Below, piece by piece: positions 53,297-64,000 of a stretch of 64,000 nt of DNA; the first letter of the stretch is position 1, and every line of letters starts with the position of its first letter. The notes beneath the pieces were generated by a model. The model ran no database searches and was not told the origin of the DNA. It saw only the letters and a list, made by a program, of their open reading frames with translations. The position numbers and the translations under genes are program-made. Source of the DNA: a virus (Duplodnaviria > Heunggongvirae > Uroviricota > Caudoviricetes); the IMG/VR virus record IMGVR_UViG_3300015214_000024, positions 201,787-265,786 of that record; one strand, written 5' to 3'.

Positions 53297-53315
53297 CAAA
53301 TAGAATACAGGTAAT

Positions 53316-53981
53316 TTGACAATGACAAGTAAAACAATCGGTCCATCATCTGCTTTTTTTTCAAATTATCTAAATACTTACCCACCAAGGGAAGGATTAC
53401 TCTTTCAAATTGAAAATGGAATTATAACTGATAATTTGGGCAACACTCAAACATCAACAAACACGCCTACATATAATTCAAATGGTTGGTTAGATTTTAA
53501 TGGTACTAATCAAAGATTACTATATAGCACTACCTCTGGTAATTACGGAATCACAGTACCGTACAGTATTGAATTTGAGGCTTGGTCAAATATAAGTATG
53601 TCAGGTAGACCATATGGTTGTTTGTTTATGACCGTTGGATATAACGGCGGAACGCCAAACACCTCAAGCACTGCTAATATAAGAATCGGCCCCTGGACCA
53701 TTGATAACTTAGTAGCTGCCATATCTTCTTATAGTTACAGTATTAAGACGCCAATGCCAGTCAATACTTGGTTTAAAGTTGGTGTAATGGTCTACAATAA
53801 TGGTGGTACACGACTCAGAACTTACTATAATGATGCTCAAGTTACTGATGTTGCTGTTACACCTTTAGCGCCTACGAATGACCCATTAAGTATTGGCAAT
53901 TCAATAGGAGATGATCCTTATTGGATTAACGGTCGAATAAGAAATATGTATATTGGTCGCTCATTATTCTGGGACATATAA
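53316..53981 (+). CDS. LamG/concanavalin-like beta-sandwich protein
   Basis: LDFNGTNQ, NTWFKVGV.Y, LSIGN, NGRIRN. Confidence 0.7.
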   Translation: MTMTSKTIGPSSAFFSNYLNTYPPREGLLFQIENGIITDNLGNTQTSTNTPTYNSNGWLDFNGTNQRLLYSTTSGNYGITVPYSIEFEAWSNISMSGRPYGCLFMTVGYNGGTPNTSSTANIRIGPWTIDNLVAAISSYSYSIKTPMPVNTWFKVGVMVYNNGGTRLRTYYNDAQVTDVAVTPLAPTNDPLSIGNSIGDDPYWINGRIRNMYIGRSLFWDI

Positions 53982-54726
53982 TGGCTGATGGATACTGTAT
54001 AATTAGAAAGCAATATTTTCTTAGTGATTATATTGGCTGGGAAGAATTAGAAATGGATGTGTTTTTGGATTTGAAAGCATATCAATTTATTGCAGCCGGA
54101 TTAGGAATTAATATAGCTTTTAAAGCCGATACTATATTAGACTCCACTAACATTGTTGTTGGGTCTGGTTATTTGTCTAAAGGAAAAAATTTATTAATAT
54201 CAATTCCTAACGATTTCTCAAACTATTTTACTTCTGATGTGATAAGGCAGATGGTTAAATAGATAAAATCAAAAGAAAATCAGAAAAAAATAGAGTTCTT
54301 CCATTAAAAAACCGGCAGGGGTCGCCTACCGGTTTTATAAATATACTTGGAACAACTTTTGTGATGATCCAATAATATGTCGTAGCAAACATATTTATTA
54401 TTCATCTCAAAAAAGTTGTTCCTTAATTTAAATCCCCGCGAAAAAAGCCGGGAAACAAAAGGAACTAAAAAAAATGAAAGAATTAAATCCAAATGAATAC
54501 GGCCATATTGGGCAACACAATAGAGTTTGGAACCTTAAGCGACATATCGTCGCTGAGCTACATTCTCGTGGTGGCAAAGTAACGATATCAGAATTGCAAA
54601 CGATTGTTATGGGTAATAAATCGTATGGGTCACAAACTGATTTTAGTGTTACATTGCAAGGTATGCTAAATGCTGGTGACTTGAGTCCAAGTTTCGAGAC
54701 CCCTCACGGTTGGATGGACGCACATT

Positions 54727-55461
54727 TCACGTTAAATCAAAATGAACACATTCTTCAAGTGATCGAAGAATTGACAAATTGATTATTTTAGATATGATCA
54801 TTAATTTTTCATTTTGCTGCTTTTCAGCATATGAATTTTTAGGATCTAAATAAAGGTCATGATCGGGCAGGTAAAAGTCAGGATAATATTTTCTATTCTT
54901 GCCTGCTCGATCTTGATATAAAATAGGTCCAGGGCGTTCCCATTTTAATTCTAATTCATCTAATCGATCTGCTAAAGCATCTTCCCAAGAACTATCAAAT
55001 ATGAATGTTCTACCTTTCTTGTCTGTATAGTTATGAGACATTTTACATTTACGCTGATGATTACTTTTCAATGCTCGTTCGGATATTTTTTGTTTTGTTT
55101 CAGCAGTATGTTTACGACCTTTCATATGTGTCCGGTCAATATGCTTGTAAGTACCGTTTTTATGAAGTTTACTGATGGACGAGGAACGTTTTAAATTTGA
55201 TTCCTCAGTGATGTAAGTCCTGGCGATTTTTACATTGTTGACGTGGTCCGGCCGTAACGGGTTTGAATGACACCATTTGATATGATTTGCTCTTTTAGAT
55301 TTAATTGGCAAACTGGTATCGCAATGAGGACAGAACTCATTTTGAATAGAATGTTTCTTTCCCTTTTGGCAAATTTTTGATCCATAATGTTTGGAAATGT
55401 TGTTGACAGTGACGACACTTCTGCATAATATACAAGAAACGGTGGGTTTCATACTAATCAC
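54727..55461 (-). CDS. homing endonuclease-like PD-(D/E)XK protein with Zn fingers and NUMOD3
   Basis: CILC, CPHC, HTAETKQKIS, DSSWE, YYPDFYL..DPK. Confidence 0.82.
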   Translation of the reverse strand: MISMKPTVSCILCRSVVTVNNISKHYGSKICQKGKKHSIQNEFCPHCDTSLPIKSKRANHIKWCHSNPLRPDHVNNVKIARTYITEESNLKRSSSISKLHKNGTYKHIDRTHMKGRKHTAETKQKISERALKSNHQRKCKMSHNYTDKKGRTFIFDSSWEDALADRLDELELKWERPGPILYQDRAGKNRKYYPDFYLPDHDLYLDPKNSYAEKQQNEKLMIISKIINLSILRSLEECVHFDLT

Positions 55462-55527
55462 TTTTTATTTTTAAAGTCATAATATAGCTTGACACTTTAT
55501 AGAAAGTCAATTAATGTAATTACTAAT

Positions 55528-55602
55528 GCGCCTATGGTGAAAGGGATATCATAAGGGTCTTCTAAACCTTTGGTCCAGGTTCGAATCCTGGTAGGCGCGC
55601 CA
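55528..55602 (+). tRNA. tRNA-Arg(TCT)
   Basis: loop CTTCTAA, GCCA. Confidence 0.92.
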
Positions 55603-56097
55603 TCTTTTTTTTGAAAGGACAATGTATGAGAAATTTTTGGCTTGGCGTAGTTTCAATGTATATGGCTACAGCTCTTCTTTTTTCAATTGCAAGTTCCTTT
55701 GCTATGCCACCAGCTATGAATGTTTGGGGTCACATTTATTATGGTGCTGTTTGGCCAGCCTGGCCACTGTCATCAATTGCCAACACTAACATTGTACCAA
55801 TACCCACTTGGGCATTCACTTTTGACGATGACTGATCCATTTAAAACACTAATTATTGGATATTCAGTTCAAGATCTATCAAAAATCCATTCTGGAATAG
55901 AGTTAGACCAATATCTGGCTAATCGAATTTCATATGAAAAAGCTGATACTGTCCTGCAAATTATGCAAAATAAAAATTTTTCTGCCTATAAAATTATAGG
56001 AAGTGACGATCCGAATATTGAGCCCACCGGTGCTTTTGAATTACATTTTCACGATGAACAAACTTATTTAGAATTTCAATTCCTATTGTGAGGTAAT

Positions 56098-56880
56098 ATG
56101 CGTATCATTGGCGGAAAAGATTATTATGATAGTGCGATTGCATATGGTATTGATCCAGGCATCGTTTTTGTCCGCGATAGTCGAAAACTAACTAATGGAC
56201 AGATGGATCGAATTGGAAGATATTCAGGAATTTCTGTTTCACTAACTCATAAAGACGATGTCGGGAAAACTCCCTATTATGGGAGCAAACGTCGCGTATC
56301 AACATCGATGTACGATTCATACAAGCAAATTGACGGCATTTACTATAAACTCGTAGATCACACTGTTATCTTCTGTGGCAAACTTTATCAGGGTTTGGAA
56401 ATCCAAGAATACGAGTCTATGAAAGCTTCGACTTCGACTTATTTTTGGTCATTTGAAAAATTGAAGAAGTGGGCTGAACCTAAAAATTTGGTACCTGGTA
56501 CTGCTACACCTTATTGGAATAGGGCGAATGACAATAGAGACCCATTCAATGTAGTTGAATTGAAAAAAGACATCATTAATGCACTGATTGATAATAATAT
56601 TTCGATTGCTATGAAGGCAGGCCCTGGAGATAGTTCAGTTAGCCGTGGTCGAACTGGATGGTCAGAGGCTGATAGTGGATGGATAGCTGATTTTGCTGGA
56701 TTGTCTCAAATCGGATTTCAGAGTGCCCTGGACCCATATACTGCATTTCAAGAACTTTCTATGTGGGTTGGTGGTACATTAGCAACCAATGGGCCCAACA
56801 CGATAACTATCACTGATGATAAGGTCAAAATCGCCAAGCACGGGTTTGACAAAATGTCATTTAGGAAGCCAAAAGCTTGA
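56098..56880 (+). CDS. hypothetical protein
   Basis: 260 aa ORF with GAGGT RBS. Confidence 0.75.
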   Translation: MRIIGGKDYYDSAIAYGIDPGIVFVRDSRKLTNGQMDRIGRYSGISVSLTHKDDVGKTPYYGSKRRVSTSMYDSYKQIDGIYYKLVDHTVIFCGKLYQGLEIQEYESMKASTSTYFWSFEKLKKWAEPKNLVPGTATPYWNRANDNRDPFNVVELKKDIINALIDNNISIAMKAGPGDSSVSRGRTGWSEADSGWIADFAGLSQIGFQSALDPYTAFQELSMWVGGTLATNGPNTITITDDKVKIAKHGFDKMSFRKPKA

Positions 56881-57347
56881 CATAATACTCCTGTTATTGT
56901 ATCAACGGTATGTTAAAAGGAGGTTTATTTGCTTACTCGAATTTCTAAAAAGAAGCTTTTCTTTCGAAATATCTTGGCCAAAATTGGGTTGGCCAAACCA
57001 CTTTACAAATATGACTTTTCAGCATCCTGCCCTGGTGGCATTATTGGTGATTTCAGTCAAGATGGTTTGATTGGACGAATGGATGCTCGAGATCAAATAA
57101 TACAGGCATTAAAAGATGCTTCAATCTCCCATACATATTACAGCGTAGACAAGGTGTTGACAAATATTTCCACCATTGATCGACATTTGAAAGTTTATCC
57201 AGATAGTGATTATGCCAAAGATCTCAAAGCTGCCAAAGGCCTCCAGAAATTTATGTGGAGATTTGGCGGAATGCTTTTTGGTTATGATTATTATTTGTAT
57301 TTTGAACGTGAAAGTGATATAATTGCTTTCCAAATTGTGAGGTAATA

Positions 57348-57941
57348 ATGTTTAATTATTCGGAACGTAGAACTGATTCTCACGTCTATTTTGTGGGCGG
57401 ACCGTTCAGTCAATGGTATAAGGATAAAAACCCTACCAAGTACCAATTTACTCAATTTTTGTTGACAGATGAAGATTATTTGTATGATTTCAACTGTGCA
57501 GAGCAATATATGATGGCCAGTAAGGCGAAGCTTTTTCCTTGTGAGGAAAATGATGTTATTTTTGAAGCTATTATGAATAGCAAGCATCCAGATCAACAAA
57601 AAGAACTTGGCCGCCAAGTTAAAAATTTCGATCCAGAAATTTGGAATACTAATGCGAGAACGATAGTTTTCCGTGGCAACATTCAGAAATTTAAAATTCC
57701 TGAACTTTTTGATTATATTATGGATACTGAAGATCGAATTATCGTAGAAGGAGCAATCTATGATCCAGTATGGGGAGTCAAACTTCGATGGAATGATCCA
57801 GCAATTGAGGACCTAGCCAACTGGCGCGGGACCAATTGGCTAGGTCAAGTTTTGATGAAAGTTCGAAAAACTCTTAAGGAAGATCCTGGTCATTTTGCAT
57901 TTGGATATGACATTGATTGGTCAAAAGAGCCGTGGAAATAA
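57348..57941 (+). CDS. NADAR (YbiA) family hydrolase
   Basis: FSQW, AEQYMMASKA, K.LGR.V.NF, VE...YD.VWG, GTNWLG. Confidence 0.92.
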   Translation: MFNYSERRTDSHVYFVGGPFSQWYKDKNPTKYQFTQFLLTDEDYLYDFNCAEQYMMASKAKLFPCEENDVIFEAIMNSKHPDQQKELGRQVKNFDPEIWNTNARTIVFRGNIQKFKIPELFDYIMDTEDRIIVEGAIYDPVWGVKLRWNDPAIEDLANWRGTNWLGQVLMKVRKTLKEDPGHFAFGYDIDWSKEPWK

Positions 57942-59404
57942 AAGAATTCCATAATAGAATAATTTTATGGGCACGTGGTAATCCAAATTTGTATCCTGAA
58001 GAAATTGAGCAGATTGAAAATTTTGGCAAATTATTACGCTTTCACGGTATAGAATATACAGAAGGAAAGTTTGAAACTTTAAAAGAATCGAATGTGAATT
58101 ATGGAATACAAACAATCCACGTCTTACATTTGTTATTCGATGATGCAAACTTTACTGCATATAAAATAATTAAGGATTAATATGAGATCTGTTTATTTTA
58201 GTATTGATTGTTATGATACCGTAAATGCTTGTATGATCGAATGTATGAAGATCAAAAAAGCTTTGAAGGATCAAAAAGTTAATGTGGATATTAGAACTAA
58301 AAAAGACAGGTATGATCATATTAAATTTTATGAGATAGTGTTTAAATCTGATGAAGATTATATGATTTACCAATTTATTAAGTAAGGAAAAACTATGTCA
58401 ACTCGTATGCCAGTGAGAATATTAACAGCAATGCCGAACGATGCTAATCCAGATGGCGATATATTTGGTGGATGGCTAATGAGCCAGATGGACTTGGCCG
58501 CCGGCGCAATATGCAAACGACGAGCTGGCGGGCGAGTCGTTACTGTTGCGGTTGAAGGATTTAAATTTCTTGCACCAGTTCACATAGGTGATGAGGTAGT
58601 GATTTATGCTGAAATAGTCAAAACAGGAACGACGTCCCTTACAAGTAAAGTTTGTACTTATACTCGTGATGGCTGTACGGGTGACGAGACCAAAGTATGT
58701 GAAGCGGTTTATGTTTTTGTCCACGTCGGCGCCGACCTAAAGCCTACACCAATCCCCCAAGATGAAGTTTCTGAAGCTGTAGGACTGAATGGGGAAATGA
58801 CTGAAATTGCCCGCAAGGCATATCAATTTATACGCTCTGGCGGAAATGACGGTACTGGTCGACCAATGACACATCCGGCCCAAGAAGCTTTAGTTGCTGA
58901 AGTTGGTCGTTTGATTGGATATTTGATCGATGAAGCCAAAAATTAAATTTAGTTTAAAAAATCATCCAACTGAACACGATGCGTATGTTGCTTGGGAATT
59001 AGCTAAGGATTTGTTAGACGAATATCAAATACTATACTATGCTGATGTAATGAATCAAGAAATATTTGTTACAACTGAATTTACCGGAAAGATGGTATTT
59101 TCAAAAGTTTTCAGCATCTCCTTTCAAGACGAAAATGATTTAATGGCATTTCGACTAATCAAGGATTGAAATGAGATACGTATCTTTTGATCTATATTCC
59201 CACGGAAGTGAACCAGCAGCCCATATGGCTTTTAGATCAGCTATGAAGTTATTAGACCATTACAGCATACCATATAGTCAAACTATTGAAGACGTTTATT
59301 TCAACGAACCTCCAAATAAACATCGACGAACATATTACACCGTACATAAAATATTTTTTTATAATGAAGAAGATTATTTGGCATATATCCTAATTAAGGA
59401 TTGA
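57917..59404 (+). other. second cluster of the small paralogous ORF family
   Basis: 57917-58180, 58182-58385, 58930-59169, 59171-59404 end F...D/E..AY/F.(L/I)IK(D). Confidence 0.7.
58395..58946 (+). CDS. acyl-CoA thioesterase (YciA-like hotdog fold)
   Basis: MPNDANPDGDIFGGWLMSQMDLA, VVTVAV, F.APV.IGD. Confidence 0.92.
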   Translation: MSTRMPVRILTAMPNDANPDGDIFGGWLMSQMDLAAGAICKRRAGGRVVTVAVEGFKFLAPVHIGDEVVIYAEIVKTGTTSLTSKVCTYTRDGCTGDETKVCEAVYVFVHVGADLKPTPIPQDEVSEAVGLNGEMTEIARKAYQFIRSGGNDGTGRPMTHPAQEALVAEVGRLIGYLIDEAKN

Positions 59405-59434
59405 CTTGTGGACTATTAATGCTAATATACCAAG

Positions 59435-59755
59435 ATACCAACTAACCCTTGAAGATGTGGCGGTAAAAGTTACGTACCGCCATTAAGGGGAGGGAGTATA
59501 TTAAACCCAAGTCTGTTCTACATTGATATGAAAATATCAGCGCGCAGGATGGCCAAGGTAGGGAAAGTGAACGGTAATTTAATATTGCCACCCCTTGCAA
59601 AGGGACCGTGGGAGGCGGCGGAATGAGTACCTATAGCGGAGCCGGAAAACTATGCGTAAGTCCGATGGCGTTACAGATGGCAGGCGATTGACACGTCGTA
59701 GGGAAGGGAAAACCTACTGGATTGGTGACAATTCATAAAAAGGGTTAGTTGGTAT
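59435..59755 (+). ncRNA. large (about 320 nt) structured RNA candidate
   Basis: perfect 16-bp closure ATACCAACTAACCCTT/AAGGGTTAGTTGGTAT after a TTGACT promoter. Confidence 0.7.
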
Positions 59756-59789
59756 AAATATCTTGTAATTTAATCTGCAGGATATTTTT

Positions 59790-60605
59790 ATGCGTCTTTT
59801 TGAATTCACCCAAATTGATGAGTATTTGGACAAAACCCCAGTAAAAAACCAGCAAGATCCAGATTCTGGATTATGGTTGAATGAAAAAGGGGAGACTTGG
59901 AGATCATCAAGCCCATATCTCTATGCTATAAAAAATCCAAGCGGCCGCCCAGGATACGTGGGACAAATCCATATTCCAGCCAGTTTGTATCGTGAACATA
60001 TTCAGGATATGCAACGACGTTGGCCTGATGCCCCATCGTCATTGTTTAGCGATGATCTTAATAAATTGATGCCAATTCTTACACCGGTTTATTCCGATCC
60101 TCGTAAAGCCGCCTGGGTTGCGCAAGAAGTATTGCTGGATACTGGAAATAAAAAAGCCGAAGATATTATCTTAGGATATTTAGATTGGAGATATAGCGGC
60201 AGGCACGATAAAAATGATGCTCACCTTTGGTTTGAATTGTTGAACAATGTCCCATCATTTACTGGCCAACCATTGACTGGTGATGACGCTGATGAATATC
60301 TTGGAGACAAGGAGCAATTAGCTAAAGATCGTGCCGAACGTGAAGCTGCTTTGAAAAAGAAAGTTACATTGGCTAAAAATGCCGGAAATTATGAATCAGA
60401 TAGAAAAAAACAAATTAAACGTGATTTGATGGCTTGGTTCACTCGTATGGGTCCAGCAGTTGCGAAGAAAAAGTTCGGAAAACCATTGACAGGTGAAGAA
60501 CTTTCTGCTAAATTGGACAAAGAAATTGAAGATAAAGGAATTAATTTCTTTTTAACAGGCCCTGGGTCAGTTAAGTTAAAGGATATTGGTTCACTTAAAT
60601 TTTAA
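59790..60605 (+). CDS. late protein with internal-protein-like N-terminus
   Basis: TATAAATA at 59753; MRLFEFTQIDE. Confidence 0.65.
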   Translation: MRLFEFTQIDEYLDKTPVKNQQDPDSGLWLNEKGETWRSSSPYLYAIKNPSGRPGYVGQIHIPASLYREHIQDMQRRWPDAPSSLFSDDLNKLMPILTPVYSDPRKAAWVAQEVLLDTGNKKAEDIILGYLDWRYSGRHDKNDAHLWFELLNNVPSFTGQPLTGDDADEYLGDKEQLAKDRAEREAALKKKVTLAKNAGNYESDRKKQIKRDLMAWFTRMGPAVAKKKFGKPLTGEELSAKLDKEIEDKGINFFLTGPGSVKLKDIGSLKF

Positions 60606-60610
60606 AAATT

Positions 60611-60688
60611 GGGTCGGTGGTGAGAATGGATTAGTCCGTCACGTCGCAACCGTGAAGAATGCAGGTTCGAGTCCTGCCCGATCCTCCA
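60611..60688 (+). tRNA. tRNA-Cys(GCA), C at position 33
   Basis: TCACG-TCGCAAC-CGTGA, U73, CCA. Confidence 0.78.
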
Positions 60689-60848
60689 ATAAGGTTGGCG
60701 AGGCTACGCCGTAGACCGGCAACCCTTAAATATCTGGCCGGTCGACCAATAGCATTTTATGGTATTGCTAGTAGGATCAGATGTTGCCTTATTTTATAAG
60801 GATAAATAATGTATGAAAAAAGGTCCATACGATTTATTTTAACTAATT

Positions 60849-60920
60849 GCCTCGGTGGCAGAGTGGCTTATGCGCTTGGCTGCAACCCAAGTTACGTCGG
60901 TTCAATTCCGGCCCGGGGCT
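60849..60920 (+). tRNA. tRNA-Cys(GCA)
   Basis: loop CTGCAAC, U73. Confidence 0.9.
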
Positions 60921-60931
60921 CAAATACTCAA

Positions 60932-61171
60932 GTGATCATTTTCGGATCACGGATCATCGCCGATGACTTGAACCACCTACCAATCCTTATTAATAGGGGC
61001 AACTGTGTAGAAGTTATGCGATATCTGGATAGTCTCCTGCGTGGATGCAGCCTGAAGTAGGGAGATGAAGGCAAGCAGATTATCATTAATTTGCCCAAGT
61101 TCCGGTTGCAGAGGGTGTGGACCCACAGAGAGGTGAAATTCTTTTAGGGGGCGAGCTTGAGCGTCCCCCTA
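60932..61171 (+). ncRNA. multi-hairpin RNA candidate
   Basis: GTGATC/GATCAC, TCTCCTGC/GTAGGGAGA, TAGGGGGCG/CGTCCCCCTA stems. Confidence 0.4.
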
Positions 61172-61193
61172 TTCTCTTTTAAAGAAAGACTAA

Positions 61194-61793
61194 ATGAGAC
61201 CTATTCCTGTTTCGCGTCGCCGCGCACTTTTCAATGCATCACCAAATCAATTAATTCGTGTCTATTCACGTCAACATAAAGACGCCTGGTCTAAAGCTCA
61301 AGATATTGGCTATTTTACTGGGGATCACGGAATCTTAGATATTGACGAAGAAACCGGAATTGATTTCACTTATCATAAGCCTTATGATTGGATGAAAGAC
61401 CAGATGGCTAAAGTCATCCCTGATTTCTCAGGAGAACGCCCAGTTTGGGCGTATTTGAAACGGCCTTTACATAAAGGATGGTGGAAGCTTCGACCAGATT
61501 TTATTCAATTTACAGCATTGGTGCCAAGAAAGCGTATTCTTTTTTCAGATTATGAGCTTTGGCACCATCCGTTAAATAATTGGCCTATTTTTGAAACTGA
61601 ACAAGAAGATGATGAGTGGTGGGACAAAAAGCCGAGACCTGATCCATCATACACTTGGCACAAGTGTTTGGATATAAGTCAGGAACAAAATTACAAAAAT
61701 AGCTATTGTGGATATACTGATCTAATCCAAGGCTGTATTGATCGTCTGTATGTTGATGAAATCGTTTCTATCAAATATAATAAATTGACTTAA
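61194..61793 (+). CDS. DUF3841-like protein
   Basis: YDWMKDQM, PVWA, VP...ILFSDYELWH.PLN. Confidence 0.7.
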   Translation: MRPIPVSRRRALFNASPNQLIRVYSRQHKDAWSKAQDIGYFTGDHGILDIDEETGIDFTYHKPYDWMKDQMAKVIPDFSGERPVWAYLKRPLHKGWWKLRPDFIQFTALVPRKRILFSDYELWHHPLNNWPIFETEQEDDEWWDKKPRPDPSYTWHKCLDISQEQNYKNSYCGYTDLIQGCIDRLYVDEIVSIKYNKLT

Positions 61794-63542
61794 ACATTTA
61801 TTTTTTGTATTCTTTATTAAAGAACAAAGAAAGTAAATGGTAAGATGTCACTATTGTTTAGTATTCCTGGAATTATAGCTCTGGTGGTGCTATTTTGGCA
61901 ACATCGTATAGATTTAGTTTATTTCGTTAAGAGCAAAATAGATGATATAAATTATTTTCTTAAATCGCAACTGGGTCAATTTTACACAATTGACCAAGCG
62001 GTATTTAGACCATTTCTTTATTATACTTCGGCGAATTTTTCATCATTCACATCATCGGCTGCGTCTATCACTAGCACACTTTATGGATTGAATTCGTCCA
62101 TATCTAATAGTACAATTAGTGCAACCAATGGTACTGATTTAATTTTAAGTAATTCAAATCACCAAGTAACAGTTACACAGCTTGCTAAAGCAATTAATGA
62201 ACTTCAAATGGTTCGTCAAGAATTATGTGAAATGAAGGTTAAATATCATACCCGGTTACACCAATTGGAACAAATAATTCAGGAGAAAGAAAAATGACAT
62301 TGATTAGTTTTATTGCAGGTTTGCTTGTTGGATGGAATTTCCTCAAACAGCCACAATTTATTGCGGATTTCATTGCTTCACGTTTGAAGAAATGATTAAT
62401 TTTATCTCAAAGCGTCGTAAATGGCGCTTTTTGAAGCTCGGACACATTAAATATGGGTCCGAGTTTCATACTTTAGTTGCTAATAATCTTGAAAAGCAAG
62501 AAATCGACCAACTTCTTTATAAATCGTCAATCAACACCAATTTAGTCCATAGTGTTAAACAGGTCAAATACATTTTTCCTGATAAGTTAACCGAAGATGA
62601 AATTTCTACAAAAACGGTAGATATTGAGTTAGAAGAAACTTGGACGATTTTTTTCTTCGATGAGCTTGATTGGACGCAAATTCAAATACTTAGATAAAAT
62701 AGTGACCTATTAAATCTGTTGACTTTAACAAGTCAGTCGTGTTATAACAGCCAAACTAAGGCTAATACCAGAAAAAGGTTTTAGGTCGCATTATATTATA
62801 TGTTAAGGATTTGAACCGAATGAAAAGAACTTTTTTCGTAATACAGAATAGCGCTGATCCAAATATTTTTTATAAGGAGAAGCGAGGCTCTTGGACCACA
62901 AATCACGGTCACGCTGCAACTTTAGTTGAAACAACTTTCAAAGATGCCAAAAAATTTAAAAGTATTAAAGAAATTCACAATTCGTTAGAAAAATATTTCA
63001 ATAATAAACTCAAGGGTCACATATCTGACCTAAGTTCTGGATTTAAAATAATCCGCCACACGGAAGAAGTGATTGTTTCTTCTAAAGAAGAAGCCTTGAC
63101 TGATGAAACATCAGCATTGATTAATGATGTGGTTTCAGTGTCAAAAATGGTCAAAGATACCCACTATTCAACCATAGAACTTTTTAATAAGATTAGAAAA
63201 GATCCAAACCTTTCCGAATACAAATATATCTTATCCACTCCATATGATAGGCTTTCAACAAGCCAACTGATGGTATTATTTGAATCTCACGAACTTAACC
63301 CTATCAAATACAAGGGAAATTTTGCTTTTGATAAGGAAGAATATTGGACCGCAGCAAAATTACTTTGTGACGTTCCATTTAAATCTTTTAATTTGACAGA
63401 ATAGATTATCTATGTTATAAATAGGACTGTAATAAAGAAAGACGTTATTCAATCAAAGCAGTAAGAGGAGCTCTTACCGACAAATTTATTATCAAATATA
63501 TTTGCCTCTAAGTCTCCTCCTTTTAATTAAGGAGAAAATACT

Positions 63543-64000
63543 ATGGGATATTCACGTTGGAATGCTGATGATTACACCAGCTATTCAAGCACAGTTGCTA
63601 CTAAATCAACAGCTCAAATCTTCACATCAAATCGGATAGATGAGGCGCTCGATCCTCGTCATATTACAGTTAGGGAAAGCCGTGACTCGGTGCAAAACCC
63701 TAATGCTACACCAATTATCATCGCCAGCGATGTTACTGGATCAATGGGTATGATTTCAGATCATATCGTCCGTTCTGGACTTGGAACCCTTGTTGGAGAA
63801 ATTATCAATCGTCAACCAGTCCAAGATCCGCAAATTTGTTGTATGGCTATTGGTGATATTTTTTATGACCGGGCACCACTACAGGTAACTCAATTTGAAC
63901 CTGATGTAGGAATTACCTCACAGCTTGAAAAGATGTTTCTCGAAGGCGGCGGTGGTGGCAATCGCAGCGAATCATATCAACTTCCTTGGTATTTTGCAAC
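63543..64000 (+). CDS. VWA-domain protein, truncated by window end (unlisted)
   Basis: AAGGAG RBS; MGYSRW...RESRDS...DVTGSMG (MIDAS)...GD...EGGGGGN..ESY. Confidence 0.85.
   Translation, partial: MGYSRWNADDYTSYSSTVATKSTAQIFTSNRIDEALDPRHITVRESRDSVQNPNATPIIIASDVTGSMGMISDHIVRSGLGTLVGEIINRQPVQDPQICCMAIGDIFYDRAPLQVTQFEPDVGITSQLEKMFLEGGGGGNRSESYQLPWYFA

Overview
AT-rich, gene-dense, almost entirely + strand window from a large lytic phage (jumbo, T4-like: TATAAATA late promoters plus TTGACA/TAxxxT promoters, free-standing homing endonucleases, many 60-100 aa ORFs). A PEP-CTERM gene of sphingomonad type suggests an alphaproteobacterial host (inference). The window is a translation/RNA-metabolism island: about 43 tRNA genes, an RNase P RNA, a GlyRS-like synthetase core, PTH2, ClpP, UvrD, NADAR, CoaD, a CoaB-aldolase fusion, a NadE-like gene and a plcP-agt-like lipid-remodelling pair. 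Main unusual signals: (1) an unannotated 34-codon leader peptide with terminator/antiterminator directly upstream of the tRNA array, whose amino acids and codons mirror the tRNAs of that array, i.e. a candidate attenuator sensing the tRNA pool; (2) six copies of a YrlA/Y-RNA-like scaffold carrying exchangeable modules, including circularly permuted tRNAs (Cys, Asn, Phe-like); (3) several tRNA-shaped RNAs with replaced anticodon domains and many long closed-stem ncRNA candidates; (4) late genes with a T4 internal-protein-like N-terminal tag on a kinase, an ADP-ribosyltransferase and a ParB-like domain; (5) apparent absence of CATG. Everything was read by eye; RNA coordinates may be off by a few nt and no database searches were run.
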